A DNA stretch of 64,000 bases from Thermodesulfovibrionales bacterium (GCA_963753165.1 CAVWBP010000002.1:185280-249279); one strand, 5' to 3'; shown: positions 1 to 10,890, counted from the stretch's first letter. The notes: generated by a model not told the origin, from the sequence alone. Numbers and translations: made by a program.

Positions 1-1401
1 AATGCTCTCTCAAGGGAAAAACAGCAGACGGACCTTTTCCCCTCACCATTAAGCTGAGTGCGGCGGATATGGATATCGGCGGGTTGTCGAAAGAGGCTCT
101 CAGGATTGCCGGAATTTCTCATGCTATGACAGGAACCCTCAAGGGCGCGGTCGTTGAAGGGGTGGTCTCCTCTCCTGAGTCTGTGGAAGGGAAAGCAGAC
201 ATACAGGCGGACAAAATCTCTCTGATCAGACAGGACAAGAGGAAAATTATTCATAATGCTTCATTGAGAACCAGCGCTGTGTTCAGGGGTGAAGATTCCC
301 TGTTCACTGTACATGCCGGTGCAGGAAAATTATCTGCGGAGCATCTCCGGCAAGGCGAACAGATTTATGAAGAACGACAGACTGGTAGAAATGCAGCTGC
401 ACCTGCCAGAGTTGCAGACAACCGATATCCGGGAAACATTCTGGGACATATTCCCTGACAACCTCTTGTATGCAGGACTGGGAGGTTCCGTTGCTTCTGA
501 TCTTTCCCTGTACTACAAGGGGAAGGCATTCAGGGCGGATGGCACACTCGCGCTCAAAGAGGTTGTGCTTGAGGGGGAGAACGGCGAATTTTCGATAGGG
601 CCTGTGAACGGGATTGTCCCTGTTGCATACAGGAAGACGCTGGGGTCTCCCTCGTCCCCTCAAGAAATAGCAGGGAAGGACAGGGAAGAATATCAGGGTG
701 AGATAAAGCTTCAACCACATAATAGTGCGGAATTTGAGAATCTGAAGGGAATCTATTCCCGGGAATTTTCCGGAGAAGGATATAGTGAACTCACCGCAGG
801 TAAGTTCAGTTACGGGTTTCAGTTCCTGAAAGATATCCATGTCTGGATAAAACAGGAAGGCGGGGTTTTGAACGTCGGAAGGTTTAGTGGTAATATATTT
901 GGAGGAAGTCTGAACGGTTCCGCGGTCATCAGCCTTGCAGATGGCTTGCACTACAGGGCTGGTCTCCATCTGGAAGGGCTCAGCCTTACGAAGCTCTGTG
1001 AGAGCATTGAGCCCATAAAGGGATATATTTCCGGAAAGGTGGACGGAGTGGCAACACTGAAAGGCTCAGGCACGGGAATATCCGGACTGATCGGGAAGGC
1101 TGATTTCTGGAGCTACAGCGTTGACGATGAAAAAACGAGGATCAGTAAAGAATTTCTCAGGAAGATAGGGGGTCCTTCCTTAAAGGTCTATCTCGGAGAC
1201 AGGGACTTTGACAAGGGGAAAATGACTCTCTATCTGCAGAAAGGGTATGTCATATTCGAAGAACTCGAAATTTCGAATAAGAATCTCTTAGGCATACGGG
1301 ATCTCTCTGTGAAGGTTGCCCCGTTCAACAACAGGGTTTCGATAGACCATCTCATGTGGTCCATTGTGGAGGCAGCCCAAAGGGCGAAGGAGAAGGAATG
1401 A
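1..1401 (+). CDS. YdbH/AsmA-like intermembrane bridge protein, 3' part (starts before the window; apparent +1 frameshift near 339)
   Basis: Frame is open from base 3 through ORF 69..458 and continues in ORF 289..1401 if one G at ~338-339 is removed (KLSA|SISGKANRF). Beta-rich repeats and an AsmA/YdbH-like C-terminus (FSGNIFGGSLNG...GYISGKVDG). Followed by a YdbL-type gene. Confidence 0.65.
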
Positions 1402-1439
1402 GAATGAATATAACGGTAAATAAAAAGGAGGTAAAGAGT

Positions 1440-2057
1440 ATGAAACGAAAAATTGCCTTGCTCGCAGGGACACTGCTATTCGTTCTGGTTTCATGTGCTG
1501 TTATTACCGTCAACATCTATTTTCCGGAAAAGGACGTGAAGGAAGCATACAAAACTCTGGAAAAAGAACTCATGGGGACTGACCAGAAGACCGACGAAAC
1601 GAAACCGGAAGGCAAACCGGAAAGCTCAATACGGTTCGAGCTGATTCCTTCGGCATATGCCCAGGAATCAGAAGTTGCGGACAAAATTGCCGAGATCGTA
1701 AAAAAGATGCCTGATGTGGTGAACGCATATAAAGATATGGGTGCACGGATTGCTGACATAGACAGGCTGCGGGACAGCGGCGTTGTGGGTGAAGGGAACA
1801 AGGGGGTGCTTGTAGTACGGGAGGGCACATTAACCCCGTCCGACAAAAGCCTTTTTGATAGCGAAAACCAGGACAGGCAGACGGTGATGCAAGGTATGAC
1901 CAAGGCAATTATCCGGATAAACAGGGTCCCTGAAAATGCAGAGAATCTCAAACAGGTGACGCCACAGGCTGTTGAGCAGTTTGCATCAATCAGACGCGAT
2001 TCAGCCAAAAAGGGCTGGTGGCTCCAGGATGCGAATGGCAACTGGTCTAAGAAATAG
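1440..2057 (+). CDS. Lipoprotein with YnbE-like N-terminus and YdbL/DUF1318 domain
   Basis: AAGGAGG RBS before ATG 1440; lipobox LVSC followed by ITVNIYFP; DUF1318-like motifs GVVGEGNKGVL, ENQDR and GWWLQDANGNW. Confidence 0.75.
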   Translation: MKRKIALLAGTLLFVLVSCAVITVNIYFPEKDVKEAYKTLEKELMGTDQKTDETKPEGKPESSIRFELIPSAYAQESEVADKIAEIVKKMPDVVNAYKDMGARIADIDRLRDSGVVGEGNKGVLVVREGTLTPSDKSLFDSENQDRQTVMQGMTKAIIRINRVPENAENLKQVTPQAVEQFASIRRDSAKKGWWLQDANGNWSKK

Positions 2058-2567
2058 ATGCTGAAGCCGGCAGCGCTTACTATCCTCCTGTTCTTTATTG
2101 TATCGGCCGGTGTGCCGGCGGCAAATGTGTCTGCTTCCCTGGTGCAGGCCGATAAAGTAGTAGTTTTGAAAAGCAAAAGACTTATGCTTTTGCTGAGCCA
2201 GGGAGAGATACTCAGGGCGTACAGAGTAGCCCTGGGAAAACAGCCGGTCGGACGAAAGACTGCTGCCGGGGATAAAAAGACGCCTGAAGGGATATATATC
2301 CTCGATGCGCGAAAGGCTGACAGTAAATTCCATAAGGCAATCCATATATCATATCCCAATGAATCTGATGCCTCTTATGCACAAAGGAACGGTGCATCTC
2401 CCGGCAGTGATATCATGATCCACGGATTGCCTGATGAGGTGAAGCATATCGGACCCCTGCACCGGTATGCTGACTGGACAGATGGATGTATTGCGGTTAC
2501 AAACCCGGAGATTGAGGAAATCTGGAAGCTTGTTCCGGACGGAATACCGATAGAGATCAAGCCATAG
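2058..2567 (+). CDS. L,D-transpeptidase (YkuD family)
   Basis: Signal peptide; GDKKTPEG, ISYPN and IMIHG...WTDGCIAV catalytic His/Cys motif. Confidence 0.92.
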   Translation: MLKPAALTILLFFIVSAGVPAANVSASLVQADKVVVLKSKRLMLLLSQGEILRAYRVALGKQPVGRKTAAGDKKTPEGIYILDARKADSKFHKAIHISYPNESDASYAQRNGASPGSDIMIHGLPDEVKHIGPLHRYADWTDGCIAVTNPEIEEIWKLVPDGIPIEIKP

Positions 2568-2619
2568 GAGCAGATTTTACCCCGATATTGCCCTGTGGCT
2601 TTTTGCAGGATTCCATTTG

Positions 2620-2698
2620 TGTCATTCCCGCTTGTCGGGAATCTTTCCTGAATAACTTCCAGAGTACCGGGAAGGATTCCGGACAAGCGGGAATGACA
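2620..2698. repeat. REP-like palindromic repeat (GTCATTCC...GGAATGAC family)
   Basis: TGTCATTCCCGCTTGTCGGGAATC ... GATTCCGGACAAGCGGGAATGACA. Related copies at 42351, 44284, 48681, 12361 and 36631. Confidence 0.85.
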
Positions 2699-2721
2699 AG
2701 AACCGTGCGGATTTTTTCATT

Positions 2722-3012
2722 TTACTCAGACTCCTCTGTCTCCGGCGGTTCCGGTGGTTTTATATCCATCTCGCGGTACAGGAGGTTCAGGGCTTCACTC
2801 AGGCGGAGTTCAGGATGCCTGACCGTTGCCTCAATCACATGAGCAAGGGGATAATCGATGGAATGACCTTCTCCATAGAGAATCCTGATAAACCTTCTCT
2901 TTAGCAGGTAACACTTTTTCCCCCGACCGTCTTTGTCCGTATAGGGGATAATCACATGCTCCGGATCTTCCTCAAGCCCATACTGTTGAACAAGCTGAGC
3001 GATCTCTTCCAT
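2722..3012 (-). CDS. Hypothetical protein, 96 aa
   Basis: Natural-looking ORF with ATG start, directly downstream of the TPR protease-like gene. Confidence 0.7.
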   Translation of the reverse strand: MEEIAQLVQQYGLEEDPEHVIIPYTDKDGRGKKCYLLKRRFIRILYGEGHSIDYPLAHVIEATVRHPELRLSEALNLLYREMDIKPPEPPETEESE

Positions 3013-3038
3013 GAAAAGCCGATATATATTCTCTGTAT

Positions 3039-4113
3039 TCAGTCGATTAACTCCTTCAGGCTCTCTGCCCGGTCCGCATCAAGTGTTTTGAGCACATTAT
3101 AATATTCATAGGCCGTGTTCTTTTCTCCCATGAGAGAATTCGTGATCCCCAGATTATAATAAGTGATTGGATCCTGAGGGTCCAGCGACCATGCCATTTC
3201 GAACGTTTCACGTGCCGAGGCATAGTCGCCGTTGATGAGATATGCCGCGCCAAGTTTATTATAGAGTGACGCCGATTGAACCCCTCTCTGCAACGCCTGC
3301 CTGTAAGCATCGATAGCCCTCGCATACTGTCCCTGTCTGGAATAGGTGAACGCCAGCGCGATGAATTCATCGGCAGTTTCCGGCTTTTTCTCTTCTGTCT
3401 CGGGGACACAGACGCTCTCTTCCTTCTTGACCGGTTTTCTGTAACTCTCGAGTTGTTTCAGGATCGGTATGAGTGAGGCGGCAGCTGAAGAGGATTTTGT
3501 TTTGCCGGGCAAAAAAACAGCGGCGCCGACGACTTCCCCCTTCTTATTAAAAAGGGGACTCCCGCTCAGTTCAGGGGCAACCGGAAGGGAAATCCTGTAG
3601 AGCCTGCCTTTTGCAATCGCCTCTTTTATGGTGATATCTGAAACAGGAGTCGTATCTGCTTGTTTTTTCTGAAAAGAAAAAGACCTGTTCCCCTTGTCCA
3701 AGCTGATGTTCCCTCGCGACAACAACAGCGGGAAGCTCTTCCGACTGTATTTTTATAAGCGCAAGATTGTTCTCGCACCTCGAAGAAATAAGTTCTGCAA
3801 CCGGCAGAATAAGCCTGCTCCCGGTTTCCACCTTAAGCCTGTTCTGAGACTGTTCAAGCCATTTCGCAATGAGAGTGCAATTGGTTGCGATAATGCCGCT
3901 CTTGTCCAGAATGAATCCGCGTCCCGAGGCAATATCCCGTTTGTCCTTGTCCTGCACCGAAACGGTTACGACAGTCTTATTCTGTTCCAGAACTTTTTCA
4001 GGTGTCCGGGCATTGACGGGTATAGGGAACAGGGCGAGAAAAAGAAGGATGCAAATTATTCGCATCAGATCAGGAAGAAGGATACCCATGTCACGGACAA
4101 TAAATTTTCTCAT
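3039..4113 (-). CDS. Secreted trypsin-like (HtrA/DegP-fold) domain + TPR protein, frameshifted near 3675
   Basis: ORF 3571..4113 has a signal peptide, ASGRGFIL and NLALIK. ORF 3039..3725 has SGSPLFNKKGEVVG and TPRs. They join across a T-homopolymer. The true start may be 4065. Confidence 0.75.
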
Positions 4114-4244
4114 ACTATCTTCTTTCGCTCCGAGTATTTCAGAGATAGAAAAATGTTTATCATAACTCTGTTCTGGATATTATAATAAAATATCTGCATC
4201 TAAGGGTTTTGAAATGAAAAATAGAGCATAAGGAGAATCTTTGC

Positions 4245-5462
4245 ATGGCCAATGAAGACCTTTCCAAACTGAAGATAGAAAAAACCGCTTTCTCCATAAA
4301 ACCGCGAAAGCGGAAAAATATCGTTCTGGCGGCCGGAGTGATAATCGGAGCTATTGTCCTCCTGGTTCTTTTCTCGCAGGGCGTCTTGTCTCCTGCAGTC
4401 GAGGTCGAAGCAGTGAGTGTCTCAATGACATACCCTTCACAGACATTCACCATATTGAATTCGAGCGGTTATGTAGTAGCCCAGCGCAAGGCAGCAGTCG
4501 CGTCCAAGGTTACCGGCCGCATTGTCTCTCTCTCGGTGGAAGAGGGGAATCATGTGAAGGCGGGACAGATAATCGCCAGGCTTGAAAATGATGACGTCAT
4601 TGCTGCACGGGAGCAGGCAGACGCCAACCTGAATGCGACCCGGCACAGCCTCGATCAGACAAAGGCAGAATTGCGTGACGCAACGCTCACTTTCGAAAGG
4701 AACAGAGAGTTGCTCGCACAGGAGTTTGTGTCAAAGGCTGAATATGATGCGTCAGAAGCACGGTATTCCGGCGCACAGGCAGCAGTCGCCGCAGCCGAAG
4801 CAGCGGTCAACGCGAGCAGGGCAGCGCTTCAGGGCGCACAGGTGGCTGTTGAATATGCGCTGATCCGTGCCCCTTTCGATGCGGTTGTGCTTACAAAAAA
4901 CGCTGACATAGGGGATATAGTAACACCGATCGGAGCTGCTGCAGACGCAAAGGCTGCTGTGGTCACTATCGCAGACATGGATTCGCTCCAGGTGGAGACC
5001 GATGTCTCTGAATCGAACCTCTACCAGGTAAAAATCGGACAACCCTGCGAGATACAGCTTGATGCCCTGCCTGATTCGCGGTTCCGTGGCGAAGTACACA
5101 TGATTGTGCCGACTGCCGACAGGAGCAAGGCCACGGTTATGGTCAAGGTGCGGTTTGTCGACAAAGACCCCCGAATACTTCCTGAGATGAGCGCCAAGGT
5201 CGCATTCCTCTCAAGAGAGGTGAAGCCTGAAGAACAGGAGCCCCGCACGGCCCTTAATCCGGCTGCCGTAGTAACCCGGAACGGGCAAACCGTGGTTTTT
5301 CTTATTCAGGAAAACAGGGTGGCCGAAACACCGGTGAAGACCGGGCTTCAGCTTGGGGATATGGTTGAAGTTCAGAACGGGGTGAAAGCGGGAGACAGGA
5401 TCGTCCTGAAGCCGCTCGATAAGATGAAAAACGGGTTGCGGGTGAAGGTCGCCGAAAAATAG
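4245..5462 (+). CDS. Efflux transporter periplasmic adaptor (MacA/HlyD-like membrane fusion protein)
   Basis: N-terminal TM helix, VASKVTGRIVSLSVEEG lipoyl-like motif, coiled coil, IRAPFDAVV. Confidence 0.92.
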   Translation: MANEDLSKLKIEKTAFSIKPRKRKNIVLAAGVIIGAIVLLVLFSQGVLSPAVEVEAVSVSMTYPSQTFTILNSSGYVVAQRKAAVASKVTGRIVSLSVEEGNHVKAGQIIARLENDDVIAAREQADANLNATRHSLDQTKAELRDATLTFERNRELLAQEFVSKAEYDASEARYSGAQAAVAAAEAAVNASRAALQGAQVAVEYALIRAPFDAVVLTKNADIGDIVTPIGAAADAKAAVVTIADMDSLQVETDVSESNLYQVKIGQPCEIQLDALPDSRFRGEVHMIVPTADRSKATVMVKVRFVDKDPRILPEMSAKVAFLSREVKPEEQEPRTALNPAAVVTRNGQTVVFLIQENRVAETPVKTGLQLGDMVEVQNGVKAGDRIVLKPLDKMKNGLRVKVAEK

Positions 5463-6164
5463 ATGAATAAAAAGACCGGTATCGTCGAAATCAGAAACCT
5501 CTGCAAAACTTACCAGAGGGGGAGCCAGCTCATCCCTGTGCTGCAAGATATTGACCTGGATATTGACGAAGGAGAGTTCCTTGCACTTATGGGACCTTCC
5601 GGATCGGGAAAGACAACCCTGTTGAACCTTATTGCCGGTATTGACAAGGCAGACTGCGGCAGTATCAGGATAGGGGGGATTGAAATAACCGCACTTGCCG
5701 AGACAGAGCTCGCCGCCTGGCGTGCAAACAATGTCGGCTTTATTTTCCAGTTTTATAACCTCATCCCCGTGCTCACAGCCTTCGAAAATGTTGAATTGCC
5801 TCTCCTCCTTACCGGCCTGTCAAAGGGGGAGCGCAGAACTCATGTGGAAACAGCCCTGCGGGTCGTGAACCTTGCAGACCGGATGGACCATTATCCGGGC
5901 GAACTGTCCGGCGGACAGCAGCAACGGGTTGCTATCGCCCGGGCGGTCGTGACAGATCCCACTATCCTCGTAGCGGATGAGCCGACAGGAGATCTTGACA
6001 GAGACTCTGCAAATGATGTGCTCGATCTTATGGAACGGCTCGTCCATGAACTTGGCAAGACGATCATCATGGTGACCCATGACCCCCGTGCCGCGCACAA
6101 GGCGCATCAGATCAAGCATCTCGATAAAGGCGTGTTGAATGCACATCCTCAAACTGATTTTTAA
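5463..6164 (+). CDS. ABC transporter ATP-binding protein (MacB/LolD-like)
   Basis: Walker A GPSGSGKT, signature LSGGQQQRV, Walker [11 protein letters not shown]-loop VTHD. Confidence 0.95.
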   Translation: MNKKTGIVEIRNLCKTYQRGSQLIPVLQDIDLDIDEGEFLALMGPSGSGKTTLLNLIAGIDKADCGSIRIGGIEITALAETELAAWRANNVGFIFQFYNLIPVLTAFENVELPLLLTGLSKGERRTHVETALRVVNLADRMDHYPGELSGGQQQRVAIARAVVTDPTILVADEPTGDLDRDSANDVLDLMERLVHELGKTIIMVTHDPRAAHKAHQIKHLDKGVLNAHPQTDF

Positions 6165-7296
6165 AAATTCATTCAGGCACAAGCTGCGGACGTTCCTTAC
6201 TATTCTCGGGGTCACGGTCGCCATCCTGGCATTCGGGCTTCTCCGGACAGTTGTCAGTGCGTGGTATGCAGGGGTTGAAGCGTCCTCTGCGACCCGCCTC
6301 GTGGCCAGAAATGCCGTATCCCTTGTCTTTCCCCTGCCTCTCTCATACAAGGAGAAGATCAGGCAGATAGAAGGGGTGAAGGGTGTTTCTTACGGCACAT
6401 GGTTCGGCGGGATTTATATCGACGAAAAGAATTTTTTTGCGAATTACTCTATGGAACCCAGAACATATCTGGCAATGTATCCGGAGATTATCATCCCGGA
6501 AGACCAATGGAATGTTTTTGTCCGCGACCGCAAAGGCGCGGCAGCGGGGAAGAAGCTCGCTGAACGGTTCGGATGGAAAATCGGTGACGTTATTACCTTG
6601 AAAGGGACGATTTTCCCCGGCAACTGGGATTTCGTCCTGGACGCGATATACAAGGGCAGGGATGATACGGTGGACGAAACTGCCTTCTTCTTCCACTGGG
6701 ACTATCTCAATGAGACGTTGAAAAAGGCCGGCCGGTCCTGGACCGACAAGGTCGGATGGTTTCTGATCGAAATAGAAGACCCGGATATCGCGGCAGAGGT
6801 ATCTCTCCGTATCGACAAAAACTTCAAGAACTCTCTTGCCGAGACACTGACTGAGACCGAAAAGGCCTTTCAGTTGAGTTTTATCTCCATGACTGAGGCG
6901 ATTGTGATCGCCATCCGGCTTGTGTCGTTTGTAATCATCTTTATCATCATGGCGGTTGTGGCAAATACGATGGCGATGACCGCACGCGAACGCATTGGAG
7001 AATACGCGATCTTCAAAACGCTTGGATTCCGCAGCTTCCATATCGCAGGGCTCATACTTGGCGAATCTCTGTTCGTTACCATGCTGGGCGCTGCACTCGG
7101 CATCCTGCTGACATTCCCCGCGGCCGCACTCTTCGGGAAAGAATTGAGCCAGTTTTTCCCGATTTTCAATGTGGAACGTGAGACCATCGTTCTGGATATC
7201 ATAGCCGCGCTTGTGGTGGCATTTGTCGCGGCGCTGTTCCCGGCATGGAGGGCAATCCATATTCGGATCGCAGACGGATTGAGGAGAGTAGGGTAA
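6139..7296 (+). CDS. ABC transporter permease (MacB/FtsX family)
   Basis: RTFLTILGV first TM helix, periplasmic domain, ERIGEYAIFKTLGF motif. Confidence 0.92.
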   Translation: MHILKLIFKNSFRHKLRTFLTILGVTVAILAFGLLRTVVSAWYAGVEASSATRLVARNAVSLVFPLPLSYKEKIRQIEGVKGVSYGTWFGGIYIDEKNFFANYSMEPRTYLAMYPEIIIPEDQWNVFVRDRKGAAAGKKLAERFGWKIGDVITLKGTIFPGNWDFVLDAIYKGRDDTVDETAFFFHWDYLNETLKKAGRSWTDKVGWFLIEIEDPDIAAEVSLRIDKNFKNSLAETLTETEKAFQLSFISMTEAIVIAIRLVSFVIIFIIMAVVANTMAMTARERIGEYAIFKTLGFRSFHIAGLILGESLFVTMLGAALGILLTFPAAALFGKELSQFFPIFNVERETIVLDIIAALVVAFVAALFPAWRAIHIRIADGLRRVG

Positions 7297-7350
7297 GACA
7301 AAAAATCAAAACATGAGGGATGAGAGGATGAAAAGAAATAGAGGACATAC

Positions 7351-8517
7351 ATGAGGATCCCCTTTTCATATAGTTTCCGGAATCTGTGGACACGCAGGCT
7401 GACCACTTTTCTTACTGCCTCGGGCATGGCATTGGTGGTCTTTGTGTTTGCAGCGGTGCTGATGCTTGCAGAAGGCCTCCAGAAAACGCTTGTCGAAACA
7501 GGCACGTACGAGAATGTTGTTGTTATAAGGAAAGCGGCCGGTTCGGAAGTGCAGAGCGGTGTTGAACGTTTGCAGGCTTCCATCATCGAAACGCAGCCTG
7601 AAATCGCCCTGGGACCGGACGGAAAACGTTTGGCCGCAAAAGAACTGGTTGTGCTCATCGCACTCCCGAAACGCGGTACTGACAAACCCTCAAATGTAGT
7701 CATCCGGGGCATCGAAGACGCTTCAATGCCCCTGCGCCCGCAGGTGAAGCTGAGAGAGGGACGATTGCCGCGTCCCGGTTCTTCCGAAATCATGGCCGGG
7801 TCGAGTATTGCGAAACGTTTTGAAGGAGGCGGGCTGGGAGAGACGATCCGTTTTGCCATGAGAGACTGGACGGTTGTCGGGGTGTTCGATGCAGGCAATA
7901 CCAGCTTTGATTCCGAGATCTGGGGAGATGTAAACCAGTTCATCCAGGCTTTCAGGCGGCCCGCATTTTCCTCGATGATCTTCCGCCTGAGCGACCCGTC
8001 AGACTTCGATGAGTTGAAGCTGCGGATAGAGAACGACCCGCGCCTGACGATAGAAGCAATGCGGGAACCGGAGTACTATAGAAAACAGTCGGAGGCGATG
8101 GCAAAATTTCTCCGGATCCTCGGCCTTACTCTCACCATAATATTCTCTCTTGGCGCGATCATCGGCGCGATGATCACCATGTACTCTGCGGTTGCCAACC
8201 GTGTATTTGAGATCGGCACCTTGCGGGCGCTTGGCTTTCAGAGGAGGAGTATCCTTACGGCGTTCCTCATGGAAGCGCTCCTCCTTGGTTTCATCGGCGG
8301 GATTGTCGGCCTGTTTTTCGCTTCATTCCTGCAGCTTTTCACTGTTTCGACGCTTAATTTCCAGACCTTCTCGGAACTCGCATTCTCGTTCTCGCTCACA
8401 GTCGGGATCGTGTATCAGGGATTGCTTTTCTCGATGATAATGGGGTTCGTCGGCGGGGTCCTCCCCGCGTTCAGGGCGGCGCGCATGAATATTGTCGAGG
8501 CTCTCAGATCGAGTTGA
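7351..8517 (+). CDS. ABC transporter permease (MacB/FtsX family)
   Basis: EIGTLRALGF motif and C-terminal PAFRAARMNIVEALR. Confidence 0.92.
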   Translation: MRIPFSYSFRNLWTRRLTTFLTASGMALVVFVFAAVLMLAEGLQKTLVETGTYENVVVIRKAAGSEVQSGVERLQASIIETQPEIALGPDGKRLAAKELVVLIALPKRGTDKPSNVVIRGIEDASMPLRPQVKLREGRLPRPGSSEIMAGSSIAKRFEGGGLGETIRFAMRDWTVVGVFDAGNTSFDSEIWGDVNQFIQAFRRPAFSSMIFRLSDPSDFDELKLRIENDPRLTIEAMREPEYYRKQSEAMAKFLRILGLTLTIIFSLGAIIGAMITMYSAVANRVFEIGTLRALGFQRRSILTAFLMEALLLGFIGGIVGLFFASFLQLFTVSTLNFQTFSELAFSFSLTVGIVYQGLLFSMIMGFVGGVLPAFRAARMNIVEALRSS

Positions 8518-8522
8518 TATAG

Positions 8523-9155
8523 TTAAATCAAACCGAGAAGCGTGAATCCATCTTTGAGGAAAAGCGCCGCGAATATCAGCAGGACAACGCCCAGCAGCCT
8601 TATGGTGTAGACATACACTCTGCTTTTCAGGAAATCTCTGGATTTATCGATCACGAAAGCCACAAATATTTTCGAGCCTACCAGGAAAAGATAAAAGCCC
8701 AGTATAAACAAACAGGCCGACAAGAGGTTTACTTTATAGGCTTTTAACGTCATTGGAGCTCCGACTGCTATCCAGAAAAGATAAGGATGCGGGCTTAAGA
8801 AATTCGCTATTATCCCTTTTCTCAGAGAATGCGGCTCGATTTTTTGCAGGTTCAGTCCGCTGGTTTTTACCGAGAGGCTTTCATACGCCAGATATCCGAT
8901 GAACAAAGCACCCAGGACAGATATTGCCCCCAGTATCAAGTGAGAGTGAGAAAACTGTGCGAGGAGAAAAACCGATACGATCACAATCGGCAGATCCGTC
9001 ACAAGAGGGGCGAGTGCGACCAGAATACCCTCTTTCCGGCTGTGAGTGAGAGTTTCAGCAATGACCAGAGCGAGCAGGGGTCCGGGGGATATCCCTGCAA
9101 CAAGTCCGAACAGTATGCCTGTAAACAGAAATGGAAAAGAATCGATTGCGATCAT
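8523..9155 (-). CDS. LysE family translocator
   Basis: ISPGP motif, NFLSPHPYLFW motif and hydrophobic helices. Confidence 0.9.
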   Translation of the reverse strand: MIAIDSFPFLFTGILFGLVAGISPGPLLALVIAETLTHSRKEGILVALAPLVTDLPIVIVSVFLLAQFSHSHLILGAISVLGALFIGYLAYESLSVKTSGLNLQKIEPHSLRKGIIANFLSPHPYLFWIAVGAPMTLKAYKVNLLSACLFILGFYLFLVGSKIFVAFVIDKSRDFLKSRVYVYTIRLLGVVLLIFAALFLKDGFTLLGLI

Positions 9156-9904
9156 ATCTTTCCCACGACCGCCAGGTAAATGGCAAATTCATCTTCACCG
9201 TCAACCCCCAGAAGCCTGTCCATCTGTTCCTGGTGATAGGCAGCAACAGCACAGACCCCTCCGCCGATGGCAGCGCTCGCGAGATAGAGGTTTTGGCACA
9301 CATGCCCCGCGTCAATCGCGATAACCTTATGTGCCGCATTATGATACCGCCATTCCATCCGGTAGGGAATTGTTGTCCAGATAAATGTGACGGGAGCGTT
9401 CCCTATGAACGATTGGTAGAATGTGGCCATAACAATTTCCTCTGACAGGTTTTTTTCAACAGACACAACAAGAAGCTGATGTTCAACCGGCAGATAACGA
9501 TATATTCCTGTTTCCAGCCCTTTCACATTCAAAATACAGAGATATGTCTCAAGCGCATGCCGGCATCCGGCTGAAGGCACTGTCCGGAACGCTGTGGTTT
9601 CATTCGTGCTCTCTCGTATGCCCTGCGTTGCCCAAAGCAGGAAAGACAACTCTTCCAGCATCAGCGGCTCATCCCTGAAATGCCTGTGACTTTTCCTGTT
9701 CTGTAGCGCGGAAATAAGATCTACGTTGGAGAGAGAATGCCATTCGTCTTTTGTGATAAGATCGATGCGTTGACTTTCTCTTGCGTAAGGCTTTTGAATC
9801 GGCGGCGGAGAAATGCCTTTCCTTTGGTCTGTCAGCCGGAAATCAATAGTCTGACGCACCGTGTCTTTCAGAAAATAACGGGATTGCTTCATTGAATTAT
9901 CCAT
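9152..9904 (-). CDS. SagB/ThcOx-family nitroreductase-like oxidoreductase
   Basis: RKSHRHF, RTVPSAG and DAGHVCQNLYL motifs. Start chosen at 9904 after a purine-rich RBS. Confidence 0.88.
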   Translation of the reverse strand: MDNSMKQSRYFLKDTVRQTIDFRLTDQRKGISPPPIQKPYARESQRIDLITKDEWHSLSNVDLISALQNRKSHRHFRDEPLMLEELSFLLWATQGIRESTNETTAFRTVPSAGCRHALETYLCILNVKGLETGIYRYLPVEHQLLVVSVEKNLSEEIVMATFYQSFIGNAPVTFIWTTIPYRMEWRYHNAAHKVIAIDAGHVCQNLYLASAAIGGGVCAVAAYHQEQMDRLLGVDGEDEFAIYLAVVGKI

Positions 9905-10074
9905 TCTGCACCTTCCTCTCCCCGGCTTCACACCGAAAATCAAACAATCTGTCTCTGAACAATTGTAATACGCGGATAAGCATGGATTCAATTCCGTCCG
10001 CGTCCCACAACAATTAGAGGCCGATAAAAGTGGTATAATTTCGTATATCCTAAGAAAGGAATAGTATTCTTCTT

Positions 10075-10890
10075 ATGTGCGAGTTCTGCACGAAATACGG
10101 GGAAGGCAGGAAATGGTATGAAAATATCAGAAATTATACCGAAGAGGTTTTCCATCAGGTCAACTCAGAAGAGCATCTGAGGGCCTATCTGAAGGATTTC
10201 TCCCGCTCGCTCAGGGAAGATACTGAAAAAGCCTATTCCTGGAAAAAACGCTTCCCCCGCATATACGATCTTATTGCATACCCTCTTGTTACCAGGCATC
10301 TTAAAAAGACCCATTTCGGGCAGATAGTCCCTGTAGAGGATATCGAGAATATACTCGGCCAGTGCGCTACAGTCGTCAGGCTGCCGTGCGTCTGCCGGAA
10401 AGTCACGATTGGTGAGGGCAAAAGATATTGCCTCGGCGTCGGTATGGACCTTACAAGGATATTCCGGGATATTCCGGACGTCAGTGACTTTGAGCGGTTG
10501 ACCAATGATGAGGCGAAAGCTTTTGTGCGACATCTTGATACAGAGGGTCAGACACACAGCGTCTGGACATTCAATACTCCCTTTATCGCGGCTGTCTGCA
10601 ACTGCGATACGGACTGCATGGCCTACCGGTTCCAGATGACCATGGGCATCGGCAAGGTCATGTGGAAAGGTGAATATATTGCGCACATTGATCCTTTGCA
10701 ATGCATAGGCTGCCGGGAGTGCATGGGGCGATGCTATTTCGGCGCGCTCGGTTATGACAGAAACAATGAAAAATGTCTGGTTGATCCCATGAAATGCTAC
10801 GGGTGCGGCGTATGCCGAACGGTATGTATGAATGATGCCATCAGTCTCATGGAAAGATCTCACATAGGACAGGCTGCTCATTCCTGGTAA
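10075..10890 (+). CDS. 4Fe-4S dicluster-domain protein
   Basis: CIGCRECMGRC and CYGCGVCRTVC ferredoxin motifs, plus PCVCR and VCNCD Cys motifs. Confidence 0.88.
   Translation: MCEFCTKYGEGRKWYENIRNYTEEVFHQVNSEEHLRAYLKDFSRSLREDTEKAYSWKKRFPRIYDLIAYPLVTRHLKKTHFGQIVPVEDIENILGQCATVVRLPCVCRKVTIGEGKRYCLGVGMDLTRIFRDIPDVSDFERLTNDEAKAFVRHLDTEGQTHSVWTFNTPFIAAVCNCDTDCMAYRFQMTMGIGKVMWKGEYIAHIDPLQCIGCRECMGRCYFGALGYDRNNEKCLVDPMKCYGCGVCRTVCMNDAISLMERSHIGQAAHSW

Noticed and set aside
1517-2359. Long antisense ORFs (e.g. 1517..2359, 6343..7260, 6870..7943, 10165..10941, 45531..46208)
   Set aside because: They are shadow frames opposite well-supported genes and have no recognisable motifs.
9152-9904. RiPP (thiazole/oxazole) biosynthetic cluster around the SagB-like gene
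   Set aside because: No YcaO cyclodehydratase or precursor peptide is nearby, and stand-alone SagB-like nitroreductases are common.
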